Part shown: positions 34,139-44,147 of the stretch, piece after piece
Position numbering within the stretch: position 1 is the first letter of the stretch
Layout of the letters: each line of letters starts with the position of its first letter
The notes under the pieces: model-generated
What the model saw: the letters and a program-made list of their open reading frames with translations, nothing else
The model's database searches: none
What the model was told of the DNA's origin: nothing
Made by a program: the position numbers and the translations under genes
Origin: a virus
Taxonomy: Duplodnaviria; Heunggongvirae; Uroviricota; Caudoviricetes
Direction: 5' to 3' (one strand)
Length of the DNA: 64,000 nt
Virus record (IMG/VR): IMGVR_UViG_3300042890_004094

Positions 34139-34591
34139 TTAATATTCTATTTTTTCTAATGTTTCTTTTAATTGTTCGTCTGATAGTTTATTGAGTACAA
34201 ATGTAATCAATTGTTCTGAGTTACCAAAATTTGTTTGAATAGATTGTTTAATAAAGTCTAAATAATCTTGTCTTGTACCTATTCCTAATTTTAACATATT
34301 CGCTTCTCTCTGCCATTGTACACCACCATTGATTTCATAGTTATAAAATGACATTTCATCCTCACCAGATATGTTAGTCCAAGATAAATCATCTAAAAGT
34401 TTTTTTACATCAGAGATACTCTTATTCATTGGAATTTCAAACTCAACATACTTAAATGGTTGATTACATATATTATCAACAATATCTTTAGAACTTCTTA
34501 AATCTAAATCTAGAAGTTCTTTTACACTTTTGACAAATTGTAATTTACCCGCACATTGGTTGATAAGTTTTATTTTTACTGTATTTTTCAT
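34139..34591 (-). CDS. Hypothetical protein (150 aa)
   Basis: ORF contiguous with neighbours. Confidence 0.55.
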   Translation of the reverse strand: MKNTVKIKLINQCAGKLQFVKSVKELLDLDLRSSKDIVDNICNQPFKYVEFEIPMNKSISDVKKLLDDLSWTNISGEDEMSFYNYEINGGVQWQREANMLKLGIGTRQDYLDFIKQSIQTNFGNSEQLITFVLNKLSDEQLKETLEKIEY

Positions 34592-35239
34592 TTATACACA
34601 AAGTATTAGGCTTTCTTTATATAAGTATTCGTCAATAACTTTTTGATCAATTTGATTTACTTGTTTTACTAAGTTTGGTAACTTTGTAGGTTGTAAACCA
34701 ATGTGTCCTACGACTTCACCATTATTATAATTGTTTATAATATAGTCTGCCATTTGATTTTTTTGTAGTGGATCCATTTCTGTTTTCATTCTATCTCTAA
34801 TGTTTAGTAAACCTTCATTAGTTTGATAACGAGCTCTTTTTAATCTATCTCCCTCTGGTGAGAATACAGTGATACTTAAATCAACTTTCTTATCCCACTC
34901 TCTTTCAAATAAAAGTGATGAATGAAAGATTGTATAGATAGCACCTTTTCGCTCATATCTATCACAGAACTTATTAAAAGCATTGAAAAGATCATCTTCA
35001 ACAACATCAAGAACTTTATCAAAGGTAGATTTCTTTAGTCTACGAAAATCTAATTGATGATTTAAAAATAAGTCAGAACCAATTTCTCTTCTTACATCAC
35101 TTAATAACTCATGATTATGATTTAAGATAAACTTTAAAATAAGGTCTGCATCAAAAACAGGTATACCTATTCTCTTGAATACCTCAACAGTTGTTTTTTT
35201 TCCTGAGTATCTACTACCTGATAATCCTAATGTAATCAT
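34592..35239 (-). CDS. coaE: Dephospho-CoA kinase-like P-loop kinase
   Basis: GLSGSRYSGKKTTVEVFKRIGIPVFDADLI aligns with the CoaE N-terminal P-loop region (GLTGGIGSGKST...VIDADII). Confidence 0.7.
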   Translation of the reverse strand: MITLGLSGSRYSGKKTTVEVFKRIGIPVFDADLILKFILNHNHELLSDVRREIGSDLFLNHQLDFRRLKKSTFDKVLDVVEDDLFNAFNKFCDRYERKGAIYTIFHSSLLFEREWDKKVDLSITVFSPEGDRLKRARYQTNEGLLNIRDRMKTEMDPLQKNQMADYIINNYNNGEVVGHIGLQPTKLPNLVKQVNQIDQKVIDEYLYKESLILCV

Positions 35240-35343
35240 ATTTCGTCTTTATATTTTGAAATACAAATATACAACTATTTTTTAGTAAAACAAAACTAAA
35301 CTAATAAAAATTTAGTGATATAAATAAATAAAACAATTAAAAT

Positions 35344-36453
35344 ATGATAATAAATTTAAAAAGTCAAACAGATCTTTCAGGGTTTTATGTAGTTTATGAG
35401 GGTTCAACAAACTTAGAAAAACCAGGATGGTATGGAATTACACACCTAATGGAACACTTAGTTTGTAAATCATTTGACCACTTACAAGAAGACTTTGATA
35501 GAGACGGTATTGATTGGAATGCTTATACTTCATCAAATGAGATAGTATTCTATTTAACAGGACTAGATGAAAAAGTAAATAAATATAAAAATCAATTTGT
35601 TGATTTACTAACTTCTTTTAAAGTTACTAAAGAAGAATTTGAAAACGAAAGAAAAATAGTTCTTGAAGAGTATATGGATTGTTTCAATGATCAATCACAA
35701 TCACATATGTTAAATCTTTCTAGAAAATTATTTAATGATTATGATCCAATTGGATTGAAGAAGGATTTAGAGAATCTAAAATTTATGGATTGTCTTAACT
35801 TCTTTGAGTTACAATATGCAAAACCAACTAAAATTATCAATGTATCTAAAAACAAAGATTATAAAAATAAAGCGGTTGAATTTCAAGAAAGAAAAATCGT
35901 AACTAATTTAAGTTTTGGTAATCACGATACCGATTTAGAATTAAATAATGATTTTAAAGATAAAACGTCTGTTGTAATTCTTTCACCAGTAATCGAAGAA
36001 GATTTTGCTTATGTTCATTTTATCAATGCAATGTTATCTTTAGGATTAAAATCTCCATTATATCAAGAAATTAGAGAGAAAAAAGGATTAGTTTATTTTA
36101 TTCACTGTTATCAGTCAAGAGTAAATGATAAAGGTTTAAACTCTATATCAACTTTGACTTCAAATAAGAATTTTAATGAAGTTGTAGAAGCAGTTAAGAA
36201 AGTAATTACAAATCCTGATAAATTTTTAACTAAAGAAAGATTTAATCTTGTTAAAGAATACTATGGTGTTAGAAAACAAAAAGATGAAATCAATAGATAT
36301 GCATCAGTAAATCAATGGATAAACCCTAATGGTTGGTCAGTGTATGATATATTAGAGGATGTTACTTTGAAAAAGATTAAAGAAGTTTATGCTAAGTATT
36401 ATGACTTTGATAAGTTTTACATTTCTTCTGATAAAAAAGAATTTAAAAAGTAA
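35344..36453 (+). CDS. M16-family (insulinase-like) zinc peptidase homologue
   Basis: 369 aa with inverted zinc motif HLMEHL near the N-terminus. Confidence 0.55.
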   Translation: MIINLKSQTDLSGFYVVYEGSTNLEKPGWYGITHLMEHLVCKSFDHLQEDFDRDGIDWNAYTSSNEIVFYLTGLDEKVNKYKNQFVDLLTSFKVTKEEFENERKIVLEEYMDCFNDQSQSHMLNLSRKLFNDYDPIGLKKDLENLKFMDCLNFFELQYAKPTKIINVSKNKDYKNKAVEFQERKIVTNLSFGNHDTDLELNNDFKDKTSVVILSPVIEEDFAYVHFINAMLSLGLKSPLYQEIREKKGLVYFIHCYQSRVNDKGLNSISTLTSNKNFNEVVEAVKKVITNPDKFLTKERFNLVKEYYGVRKQKDEINRYASVNQWINPNGWSVYDILEDVTLKKIKEVYAKYYDFDKFYISSDKKEFKK

Positions 36454-36457
36454 ATAA

Positions 36458-36488
36458 AAAAAACCACTCAAATGAGTGGTTTTTTTAT
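36458..36488. terminator. Bidirectional hairpin terminator candidate
   Basis: aaaaaaaccactcaaatgagtggttttttttatttt. Confidence 0.6.
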
Positions 36489-36489
36489 T

Positions 36490-37047
36490 TTAGTAGTTTT
36501 CTTTTACCCAGTCAACTAATTTTAATAAGTTTTCTGTATTGTTTGGATATCTATCTAACATAGATTCTAAGAATTTTAATCTTCCATCTTTGTATAAGTC
36601 ACCATATGCTTTATACTCATTAAAAATTCCATTCTCCCATTCTAATAATTGTTCGAAATCTCTTTCAACAATATTCATATCATAGTAGTTAAATGATTCA
36701 GATAAGTTTGTAGTAGCTTCATGTGTTTTAGTATCTAAAATCATTTGTCTAATATCTTTATTATCTTTACTATCTTTATCTTGACAACATTCCGTAAAGA
36801 AGTCTGCGGATTTTTCTTCGTTATCAGTTTTCATTGGATCATAAACACAATCATGAAAAAGTGCAGTAATTAGTAATTTCTCATATTCTTTTTGAGAGTA
36901 TTTAGATTTTCCCTCATTTATTTGTTCAATTAAATCGTTTAAGTGATTTAAAGTGTGATAAGATCTGTGTGATTCATTCCACATAGCAAGTAATGTAGTA
37001 ACGTCACATTTAATATTCCATTCGTTTAATAGTTCTTGTAAATCCAT
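36490..37047 (-). CDS. HD-domain phosphohydrolase-like protein (putative)
   Basis: 185 aa with H...HD...D pattern (SYHTLNHLNDL...ALFHDCVYDP). Confidence 0.5.
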   Translation of the reverse strand: MDLQELLNEWNIKCDVTTLLAMWNESHRSYHTLNHLNDLIEQINEGKSKYSQKEYEKLLITALFHDCVYDPMKTDNEEKSADFFTECCQDKDSKDNKDIRQMILDTKTHEATTNLSESFNYYDMNIVERDFEQLLEWENGIFNEYKAYGDLYKDGRLKFLESMLDRYPNNTENLLKLVDWVKENY

Positions 37048-37065
37048 TTATTTAATTATTTTTGA

Positions 37066-37083
37066 TAAACTATATATTAAATA
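37066..37083 (-). promoter_or_regulatory. Conserved motif (minus-strand ATTTAATATATAGTTTAT) 18 nt upstream of the start of 36490..37047
   Basis: Same motif family; shows the motif is not always fused to the ATG. Confidence 0.45.
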
Positions 37084-37296
37084 TTTTTTTTATACTTTCT
37101 TTACGAGAATATCTCTTATATGACTTATATGAATCTATTATCTTTTTTATGTTCATATAAGTACTACCTGTTCTCCTTTGCTTTAATAAGTACATTCTGT
37201 ATTATCTTTTTCCTTTTAATGGGTCTCATTAAAACATTTATTGTTGAATAATAATTTCTTATAACATCATTGTAAGTAGTTGCTCCACTATCCATA

Positions 37297-37551
37297 CTAT
37301 TTTTTAAGTATTTGATCAATTTTAGCTTCTCTAGCTTCTGCTTTTTCTCTTAATAAACGAGATTCTCTTTCTTGTGGAGTTTCTTCTCGCTTTTCTGACT
37401 TATCTGCTTTATATCTCAAAAGATCGTCAAAGATTCCATAATAGTCAGTGTTACCATATTTATCTACTTTCATATAACTACCTAAATCGTAGTATTTATC
37501 ATGAGTACTTTTATAAGATTTAAAGTCGTCGAAAATGTATTTCTCTTTCAT
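37297..37551 (-). CDS. Hypothetical protein (84 aa), charged C-terminal helix
   Basis: ORF ending 1 nt before the next start. Confidence 0.45.
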   Translation of the reverse strand: MKEKYIFDDFKSYKSTHDKYYDLGSYMKVDKYGNTDYYGIFDDLLRYKADKSEKREETPQERESRLLREKAEAREAKIDQILKK

Positions 37552-37552
37552 A

Positions 37553-38272
37553 TTATTTGTTTAATTGGTTAAAAATATATTGCATTCCTTTTGTGGCTAC
37601 CTTTTTCACGTGGTGAAAATAAGGTAATTTATAATCTGGTATATCATACATAACCATATCTATATTAGATGGTTCAATGTAATATACCGGCACTTTTTCG
37701 TCTACTAAAAATGGAATTTCATTTGCAGGAGAAACTTGTAAAGAAGTTCCAACTATTATACAATAGTCACATTGTTCTGCTGCTTTTACTGCTTTATTTA
37801 TATAATCTTGATTTAACATTTCTCCAAACCAAACAATGTGGGGTCTTAGTTGAGATCCCTTATCACATTTATCTCCTATATTTACGTCTTCTGTCCAATC
37901 ATAGATTAGTCTTGGATCTAATGTTGAACGTACTTTGGTTAGTTCACCGTGTAAGTGTATTATATTAGTAGAGCCTGATCTTTCGTGTAAGTCGTCAACA
38001 TTTTGTGTAACTACGGTTACATCAAATTCATTTTCTAATTCTGCTATAAGTCTATGTGCTAGGTTTGGTTGTACTTCTTTTAATTGAGCTCTACGTTCAT
38101 TGTAGAATTTTAGTACTAATTCTTTATCTTTTCTCCATGCATCGATAGTGGCAACATCTTCAATCTTGAAATTGTTCCATAAACTTTCTTTAGAGTCTCT
38201 AAAGGTTTCTATTCCACTTTCCTTGGAAACACCTGCTCCAGAGAATACTAATATTTTTTTTCGGTTATTCAT
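37553..38272 (-). CDS. Sir2-family NAD-dependent protein deacylase/ADP-ribosyltransferase lacking the usual Cys4 zinc ribbon
   Basis: GAGVSKESGIETFR, QNVDDLHERSGS, HLHG catalytic His present; only one Cys where the two CxxC pairs normally lie. Confidence 0.75.
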   Translation of the reverse strand: MNNRKKILVFSGAGVSKESGIETFRDSKESLWNNFKIEDVATIDAWRKDKELVLKFYNERRAQLKEVQPNLAHRLIAELENEFDVTVVTQNVDDLHERSGSTNIIHLHGELTKVRSTLDPRLIYDWTEDVNIGDKCDKGSQLRPHIVWFGEMLNQDYINKAVKAAEQCDYCIIVGTSLQVSPANEIPFLVDEKVPVYYIEPSNIDMVMYDIPDYKLPYFHHVKKVATKGMQYIFNQLNK

Positions 38273-38316
38273 ATTTAATTATAGTTAAAAGGGTAAAATT
38301 AGTTTAGATACTATTA

Positions 38317-38340
38317 ATAAATTTATATATAGATAAAAAC
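38317..38340 (+). promoter_or_regulatory. Conserved motif AATAAATTTATATATAGATAAAAAC upstream of the 1911-aa gene
   Basis: Same motif family. Confidence 0.4.
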
Positions 38341-38352
38341 TAAACCGTTTTA

Positions 38353-41300
38353 ATGAGTTCAACAAATTTAGTGAAAAAGAATTTATTCACCAAACCTTAT
38401 TTAATAACCTTAGATGAATTAAATCAAATTGGCCAAGATATTAATTTAGTAGGATATGATCCCCAATTAAATCTAACAAGTGATGATACAAATGTCGTTT
38501 TAAAATATGGTATACCTTGTAGTCCTAAACTTTTAAATTGGGTTGAACCTTATAAAGTTGCAGGTATTGATTATACATTATTCTATACAGAAGTTAACTC
38601 TGGATTTAGTATAGGAGATAGAGTATTTATAATTAATGGTACTTATGATAGTAATTTACTAATAACAAGTGATAAGTATAAAAAGGGTCATGATGGTTAT
38701 AAAGTTCTGTTTGTAGATAAATGTCAAGTTGTATTAGATATAGAATTTAATGGTAGTTTACCAAGTAACGAAGGAACAGAACCAAGTGATGACTTAGATA
38801 ATCTAATTAAAGTTTATTATATTAAAGATCAGAATGATTTTATTCATGTAAATAGACAAATTACAACTCGTGGTGGTGATTTTGATTATAGATTTAATAA
38901 GAATCAAAATAATATAATATTTGCACCAGCACAGAGTTATAATGTAACTGGTGCTTGGGGTGAATCATTAGGTTTAACTGGTGGTCCTGGATTTTTTATT
39001 AAAAATGGAACTTCGAGTTGGATAAATATAAGTAATGGCTTTATAATTGGTTCCTATTCTATTGCGGCTACTGCAAGTGCCAACAAAATACTGATATTAA
39101 ATAATAGTTTTGATTATTCAGGTGTAAGTTTTCTAGAAAATTTAGTTTATAGTTACGAAACAACAGGTACTTTTTCTGGTTGGCAAGTAAATGTAAAACA
39201 TGAAAATAAAAATGTTCCTTTAATATCTAAATCTAATTTTAGAAATGGTACATTTAATGGAAATTGGAATGGTGGTATTTATGGTAGTAATGATAAAAGA
39301 ATTACTTGGGGTTCTACCTCATCTATTTGGAACTCAGGTACTTTATTAAATACTATTTGGGAAAATGGTATAATGGAATCTAAACAAAGTCAACCACAAA
39401 GTTTTGTTGCAGAATTTGATAATATTGTGGGTACTTTTGGTGCACCATACCAAAAATCAACTAATCCAGATAATGACGGATATGGTTATAACTTTGTTAT
39501 AAACTCAGAAATAAGAAATGCAATTATCAATAATGCAAATGTTAGTAATTCAATACTAGGTACATCATCTACCTCAATTTCAATTGTAGAGAAACATTTG
39601 GAAGGAACATTGACACCGCAGTTTATTCAAACTTACTTTAACGATACTCTTATAAATAAGGCTTATTTTGAAAGTTGTGGTATTCAAAATGCAAATATAC
39701 AAAACTCTGTTGTAAAAAATTCAAGAGTAGAAAATAGTAGATTTTATAATGTTAAGTCAATAAATACACAATATAAAAAATCTTTATTTAAAAACTCTAA
39801 TTATATTAGTGATAATTCAATAAGAATATTACACTTTGAGGAAACAGATTTTGCAGAAGGTAATTTACCAACTAGTCCTAGAACCCATAAAATTTATAAA
39901 TTTTATATAAATAAAAGAAGTTATGAGAAGTTTAAATTTAAGGACTCTTTTTATATAAAGGGATTAAAAATAAATAGTAATACTACTTCATTACTTAACT
40001 TCTTTGATAAGAAGTTTAAAATGGGTCCATATATTGATTATATTGATCAATTTGATAGTTTTTCTAAAAAATGGTATAAAAGAGGATTTGAGTATAACTG
40101 TATGATTTCAACTCCCAAAGATAATGATTATTTATCAGATGTTAATACAACTAGTCCTTTAAATTCAAATATTGTGACCATTAAAGATAATTTTGGTTAT
40201 TCTATTGATATTTTTGTTAAGATTGCAGATATTAAAAATTTTAATATTACATTACCTAGTTATACAACCCCAGATGTTATTATTGATTATTCAGATGCTT
40301 ATATTTTAAACTCTGATTTTGAAAGTGGTATCTTTGAAAATTCTAATTGGAATAGTGGAAATCATTTTAATTTTAGTAATGATGTGAATATAAAAATTGG
40401 TGATAATTATGTTGAACCGATTTGGAATTTGGATAATAAGTTTGGAAATCTTTCAGATAGTGGTGGATATTATAATATGTCATTAGTTGACGGAACATCA
40501 TCTATAAATGTTAAAACTCTTTATTCAGTTAATGATAGTCAGAGCAATGACTTGTATATAAATGGTAGATATCCTGAATTGGAAGAAGATTACTTGGCGT
40601 TAAACGAAATAGTATTTTTAAATGCAGTCGATTATGATACTAGAGGAAAAGTAACTGGTATTTCTTTCTCTGGCACTGGATCAAATTATACAGTTGCTAC
40701 TGAACTAGCAACTGCATATACTGGAGAAGGAACAGGACTAACTGTTGATATTACTGCAAGTACTATTGGTCAGGTAACAGGTTTCGGCATACTATCTGAA
40801 GGTTCTGGACACCCAAATGATAATACCTACGATTATGAAACCTATAATGCAACCTCTCCAGGATTTGGATTACAATTTAGTATGTATGCGGGAAATACTT
40901 CTTCTATAACGATTGTAAATGGTGGTCAAAATTATACGGTAGGTGCTACAGTATCTATGTTAAGAGATGAATTGACCCCTACCGCAACTAATGATATTCT
41001 TCTTATTACTTCAGTAAATAATGGTGCTGTTTTATCGGTGAATATTAATTATCCTGGCTTGGGTTATTCAAATGGTGATATACTAACGATTATTCAACCC
41101 CCATTAGGAGGTAATGCAACATTTTCAGTAACTGGTATAACAGGATCTTTAACTAGATTACCGGATCAATATAAAATAGTAGAAGAACAATCAAGAGGTA
41201 GTTATAAATTACAAGAAATTATTGCAACTGGCTCAACTAGTATTTTACCTGGATTAACTGCAGGTGGTAAATTTAGTTCTTATGATGCAAATAATAGATA

Positions 41301-44088
41301 TGGTTATTTACATAAAACTAAATTTTATAGATCAAAAATATTATCTGGTATATTTAAAAAAGCATATTTTAATACATCTTTAATAAAAAATGAGTTATAT
41401 GATGTTAGTGATAGAGATTTTAATAATGTTGAAAAAATAAAAATCTTACTAATAGTAGATTCAATATTTTCTAAAAATTCAAATATTCTATCTAAGGCAA
41501 CTTATATGAATTCATTTTTTGTGGGTGGTAGTGATATATGGGAAAATGGTATTTTATATGATTCTATTTGGAATGGTATGACATTTAATGATGGTTTGGT
41601 TAAATCTTCAACTTGGTTAGATGGTATATTTAATAATGGATTATTCTATAGTTCAAATTCTTTTGATGGTAATATTGATAATTTCTCATATAATGAAAAT
41701 AATATAAATTCTTTTTATAGAAGTGGTTTAACTTTTGTAATTATAGAAGACAATTCATCTTCACAGGCTAGAGCAGCACTCAAATTAGTATATAATAATA
41801 GACACTCTTGGCAAAAAGGTACATTTATAAATGGTGAATTTTATAAAAGTGATTGGGAAGGTGGAAATTTCAATGGTGGTAAATTCTACTATTCAAAATT
41901 CTATGATGGTATAATAAATGGTGGTATAATAGGAGATTTATCAACATCTACTGGATATACTAAAATTTATAATGGTGTTATAAATTATACAACTGTTGAA
42001 AATGCAGAACTTATTGCACAGACTAATCTAAAATTATTACCTCCGGACTTTTTAAATAGTAATGGTAATATAAGATGGTTAAATGGTATATTCAACGGTG
42101 GTGTTTTTAGTACATATAACAATCTTAATTTTGCCACTTGGAGTAATGGTATATTCAACGGTGGTGATTTTACAGGAACTGCTAAATGGTTAAATGGTGT
42201 ATTTAATGGTGGTAAATTTACATCATATTATAATTCGTCACAGCTTATATTATATTCACCATCAGATATTAGACAAAACTATTCTTGGGAATATGGCGTA
42301 TTTAATGGTGGTGAGTTCGGAACTGGTGATTTAATAAATAATTCTGGACAAAGAACTTCTTCTGTTGTAAATAATTCAAGTTGGTTTGATGGTGAGTTTA
42401 ATGGAGGTTATTTTAGTGGTAAAGTTTGGAATAATGGTGTATTTACAGCTGGAGAGTTTAACGGATCAGGTAAAACACAATCTGATTATTTTGCAATAGG
42501 CGGTACTGAATCAAATAATGCAAAAATATTTGTATTATCTTTTGGAATAAATATAAATAGTTATGGTATTTGGAAAAGTGGATTTGTAACGGATACTAAA
42601 GATAGATACATTACTAGAGGGGTATACATTGATTCAAAAAGAGTAAGTGATACAAATAGAAATTTAAAAACTGTTGTACTAAGAGATATGCTTTGGATGA
42701 GTGGAACATTTAGTCATCCAAGTGGAACTATACAAAATTCTGTTTGGATAGATGGAACATTTGAAAATGGTACATTTAAGTCAAGTTCATTTAATCCATA
42801 TGTAAATAGAAATGTATTTCTATCATCTGGTTCAAGACTTTTGCCACCATCTTTTAGTATTAGTGATACCTGTATTTGGAAAAATGGTACACTTATAGAT
42901 AGTGATTTTTATATATCAAAATGGGAAAATGGTAACTTTATATCTGGTAATGGATATGGTATGATTTGGAAAAATGGTATTGTAAGTTATATGAATGCTT
43001 ATAATATTTTTTGGGAAAATGGTCTTTGGAGAAATGGTAACTGGTATGGTTCTAGTTTTAATCTAAATAATGATGGTTCCTTAACTAATGATTTTGAAAG
43101 ACAGATTTTATTCAGAGGTATGAATTGGGGAGGTACATCATCATCTCATGTTTGGAATGTTTTTAATAGAGAGTCACTATCTGATGTTAATAATTCTATA
43201 TCTGCATCTGCATCAGTAATAACATATGATCCTAATAGTACTATTGATGAAACCACAATCAATTTACCACCATTTTGGTCATCGAACTCTTCATTTGGTG
43301 TGAATACACCAGTTGTACCACCGCCACCTGTTTTTACTATTACTATAGTTTGGACTTCTACAAATAATGATGATGATATAGCAGTTTCGGGAGATATAAA
43401 TGAAACAATTACTATAACAAGTGACTTACAAATTCTTGTTACTAATGCTGCAGAATTACAAAGTTCTAGTGATGGTACAAATTGGCTTTTTACAAATATA
43501 ACTATTCAAAATTCACCATTCTCACCAAGCTTTATAATTTATGAAAGTTTACCTGATAATTATTTTAGAATATTTGATCCTGTAAGAAATATCTATTCAA
43601 ATGTTCTAAAAATCACAAAATTATTTCCAGAAGAAGAAGATATTGCACCAGGTAAAGCTTTAATTTCACAGATCACATTTGGTCCTTATACTGGTGTAAA
43701 TTATATAATAAGTCGTACAAGAAGTGGAACGATATCAAATTTAGGAGGTAGACAATTTGATGGTACGAGTCCATATATTGCTGTCGGAATTCCTAACAAC
43801 GCGGATGATGGTTATGATTCATTCGGGATCGGAAATGATCTGAATCAATTAGTAAATGGTGATCAAATTTCTATAGGATGTTATGCTGAAGATCAGGTTC
43901 CATTAGCTACAGTTAATGTTACTGTAGAATTGATTTTAGAAAGATCTTTAAGAACTTTAGAAAGCTATGTTGAGATAGATTCTGATTCTGAAACTGGTCA
44001 AACTGTTTCAACAAATATTCCTCTTTACACTATTACTGATTTAGAAACATATGTATATAGGGTAAGAGTTAGTGTTGTTTTAGTTTAA
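38353..44088 (+). CDS. Giant repeat protein (1911 aa), fibre/adhesin-like
   Basis: Dozens of W-x-N-G-x-F-N-G-G-x-F repeats (e.g. WLNGIFNGGVFS, WSNGIFNGGDFT, WLNGVFNGGKFT), Asn/Ser-rich. Confidence 0.75.
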   Translation: MSSTNLVKKNLFTKPYLITLDELNQIGQDINLVGYDPQLNLTSDDTNVVLKYGIPCSPKLLNWVEPYKVAGIDYTLFYTEVNSGFSIGDRVFIINGTYDSNLLITSDKYKKGHDGYKVLFVDKCQVVLDIEFNGSLPSNEGTEPSDDLDNLIKVYYIKDQNDFIHVNRQITTRGGDFDYRFNKNQNNIIFAPAQSYNVTGAWGESLGLTGGPGFFIKNGTSSWINISNGFIIGSYSIAATASANKILILNNSFDYSGVSFLENLVYSYETTGTFSGWQVNVKHENKNVPLISKSNFRNGTFNGNWNGGIYGSNDKRITWGSTSSIWNSGTLLNTIWENGIMESKQSQPQSFVAEFDNIVGTFGAPYQKSTNPDNDGYGYNFVINSEIRNAIINNANVSNSILGTSSTSISIVEKHLEGTLTPQFIQTYFNDTLINKAYFESCGIQNANIQNSVVKNSRVENSRFYNVKSINTQYKKSLFKNSNYISDNSIRILHFEETDFAEGNLPTSPRTHKIYKFYINKRSYEKFKFKDSFYIKGLKINSNTTSLLNFFDKKFKMGPYIDYIDQFDSFSKKWYKRGFEYNCMISTPKDNDYLSDVNTTSPLNSNIVTIKDNFGYSIDIFVKIADIKNFNITLPSYTTPDVIIDYSDAYILNSDFESGIFENSNWNSGNHFNFSNDVNIKIGDNYVEPIWNLDNKFGNLSDSGGYYNMSLVDGTSSINVKTLYSVNDSQSNDLYINGRYPELEEDYLALNEIVFLNAVDYDTRGKVTGISFSGTGSNYTVATELATAYTGEGTGLTVDITASTIGQVTGFGILSEGSGHPNDNTYDYETYNATSPGFGLQFSMYAGNTSSITIVNGGQNYTVGATVSMLRDELTPTATNDILLITSVNNGAVLSVNINYPGLGYSNGDILTIIQPPLGGNATFSVTGITGSLTRLPDQYKIVEEQSRGSYKLQEIIATGSTSILPGLTAGGKFSSYDANNRYGYLHKTKFYRSKILSGIFKKAYFNTSLIKNELYDVSDRDFNNVEKIKILLIVDSIFSKNSNILSKATYMNSFFVGGSDIWENGILYDSIWNGMTFNDGLVKSSTWLDGIFNNGLFYSSNSFDGNIDNFSYNENNINSFYRSGLTFVIIEDNSSSQARAALKLVYNNRHSWQKGTFINGEFYKSDWEGGNFNGGKFYYSKFYDGIINGGIIGDLSTSTGYTKIYNGVINYTTVENAELIAQTNLKLLPPDFLNSNGNIRWLNGIFNGGVFSTYNNLNFATWSNGIFNGGDFTGTAKWLNGVFNGGKFTSYYNSSQLILYSPSDIRQNYSWEYGVFNGGEFGTGDLINNSGQRTSSVVNNSSWFDGEFNGGYFSGKVWNNGVFTAGEFNGSGKTQSDYFAIGGTESNNAKIFVLSFGININSYGIWKSGFVTDTKDRYITRGVYIDSKRVSDTNRNLKTVVLRDMLWMSGTFSHPSGTIQNSVWIDGTFENGTFKSSSFNPYVNRNVFLSSGSRLLPPSFSISDTCIWKNGTLIDSDFYISKWENGNFISGNGYGMIWKNGIVSYMNAYNIFWENGLWRNGNWYGSSFNLNNDGSLTNDFERQILFRGMNWGGTSSSHVWNVFNRESLSDVNNSISASASVITYDPNSTIDETTINLPPFWSSNSSFGVNTPVVPPPPVFTITIVWTSTNNDDDIAVSGDINETITITSDLQILVTNAAELQSSSDGTNWLFTNITIQNSPFSPSFIIYESLPDNYFRIFDPVRNIYSNVLKITKLFPEEEDIAPGKALISQITFGPYTGVNYIISRTRSGTISNLGGRQFDGTSPYIAVGIPNNADDGYDSFGIGNDLNQLVNGDQISIGCYAEDQVPLATVNVTVELILERSLRTLESYVEIDSDSETGQTVSTNIPLYTITDLETYVYRVRVSVVLV

Positions 44089-44147
44089 TAGCCACATATG
44101 AATAAAATTAATTTAAAGTAAAGAATAATAAAAATATAAAATAAAAT

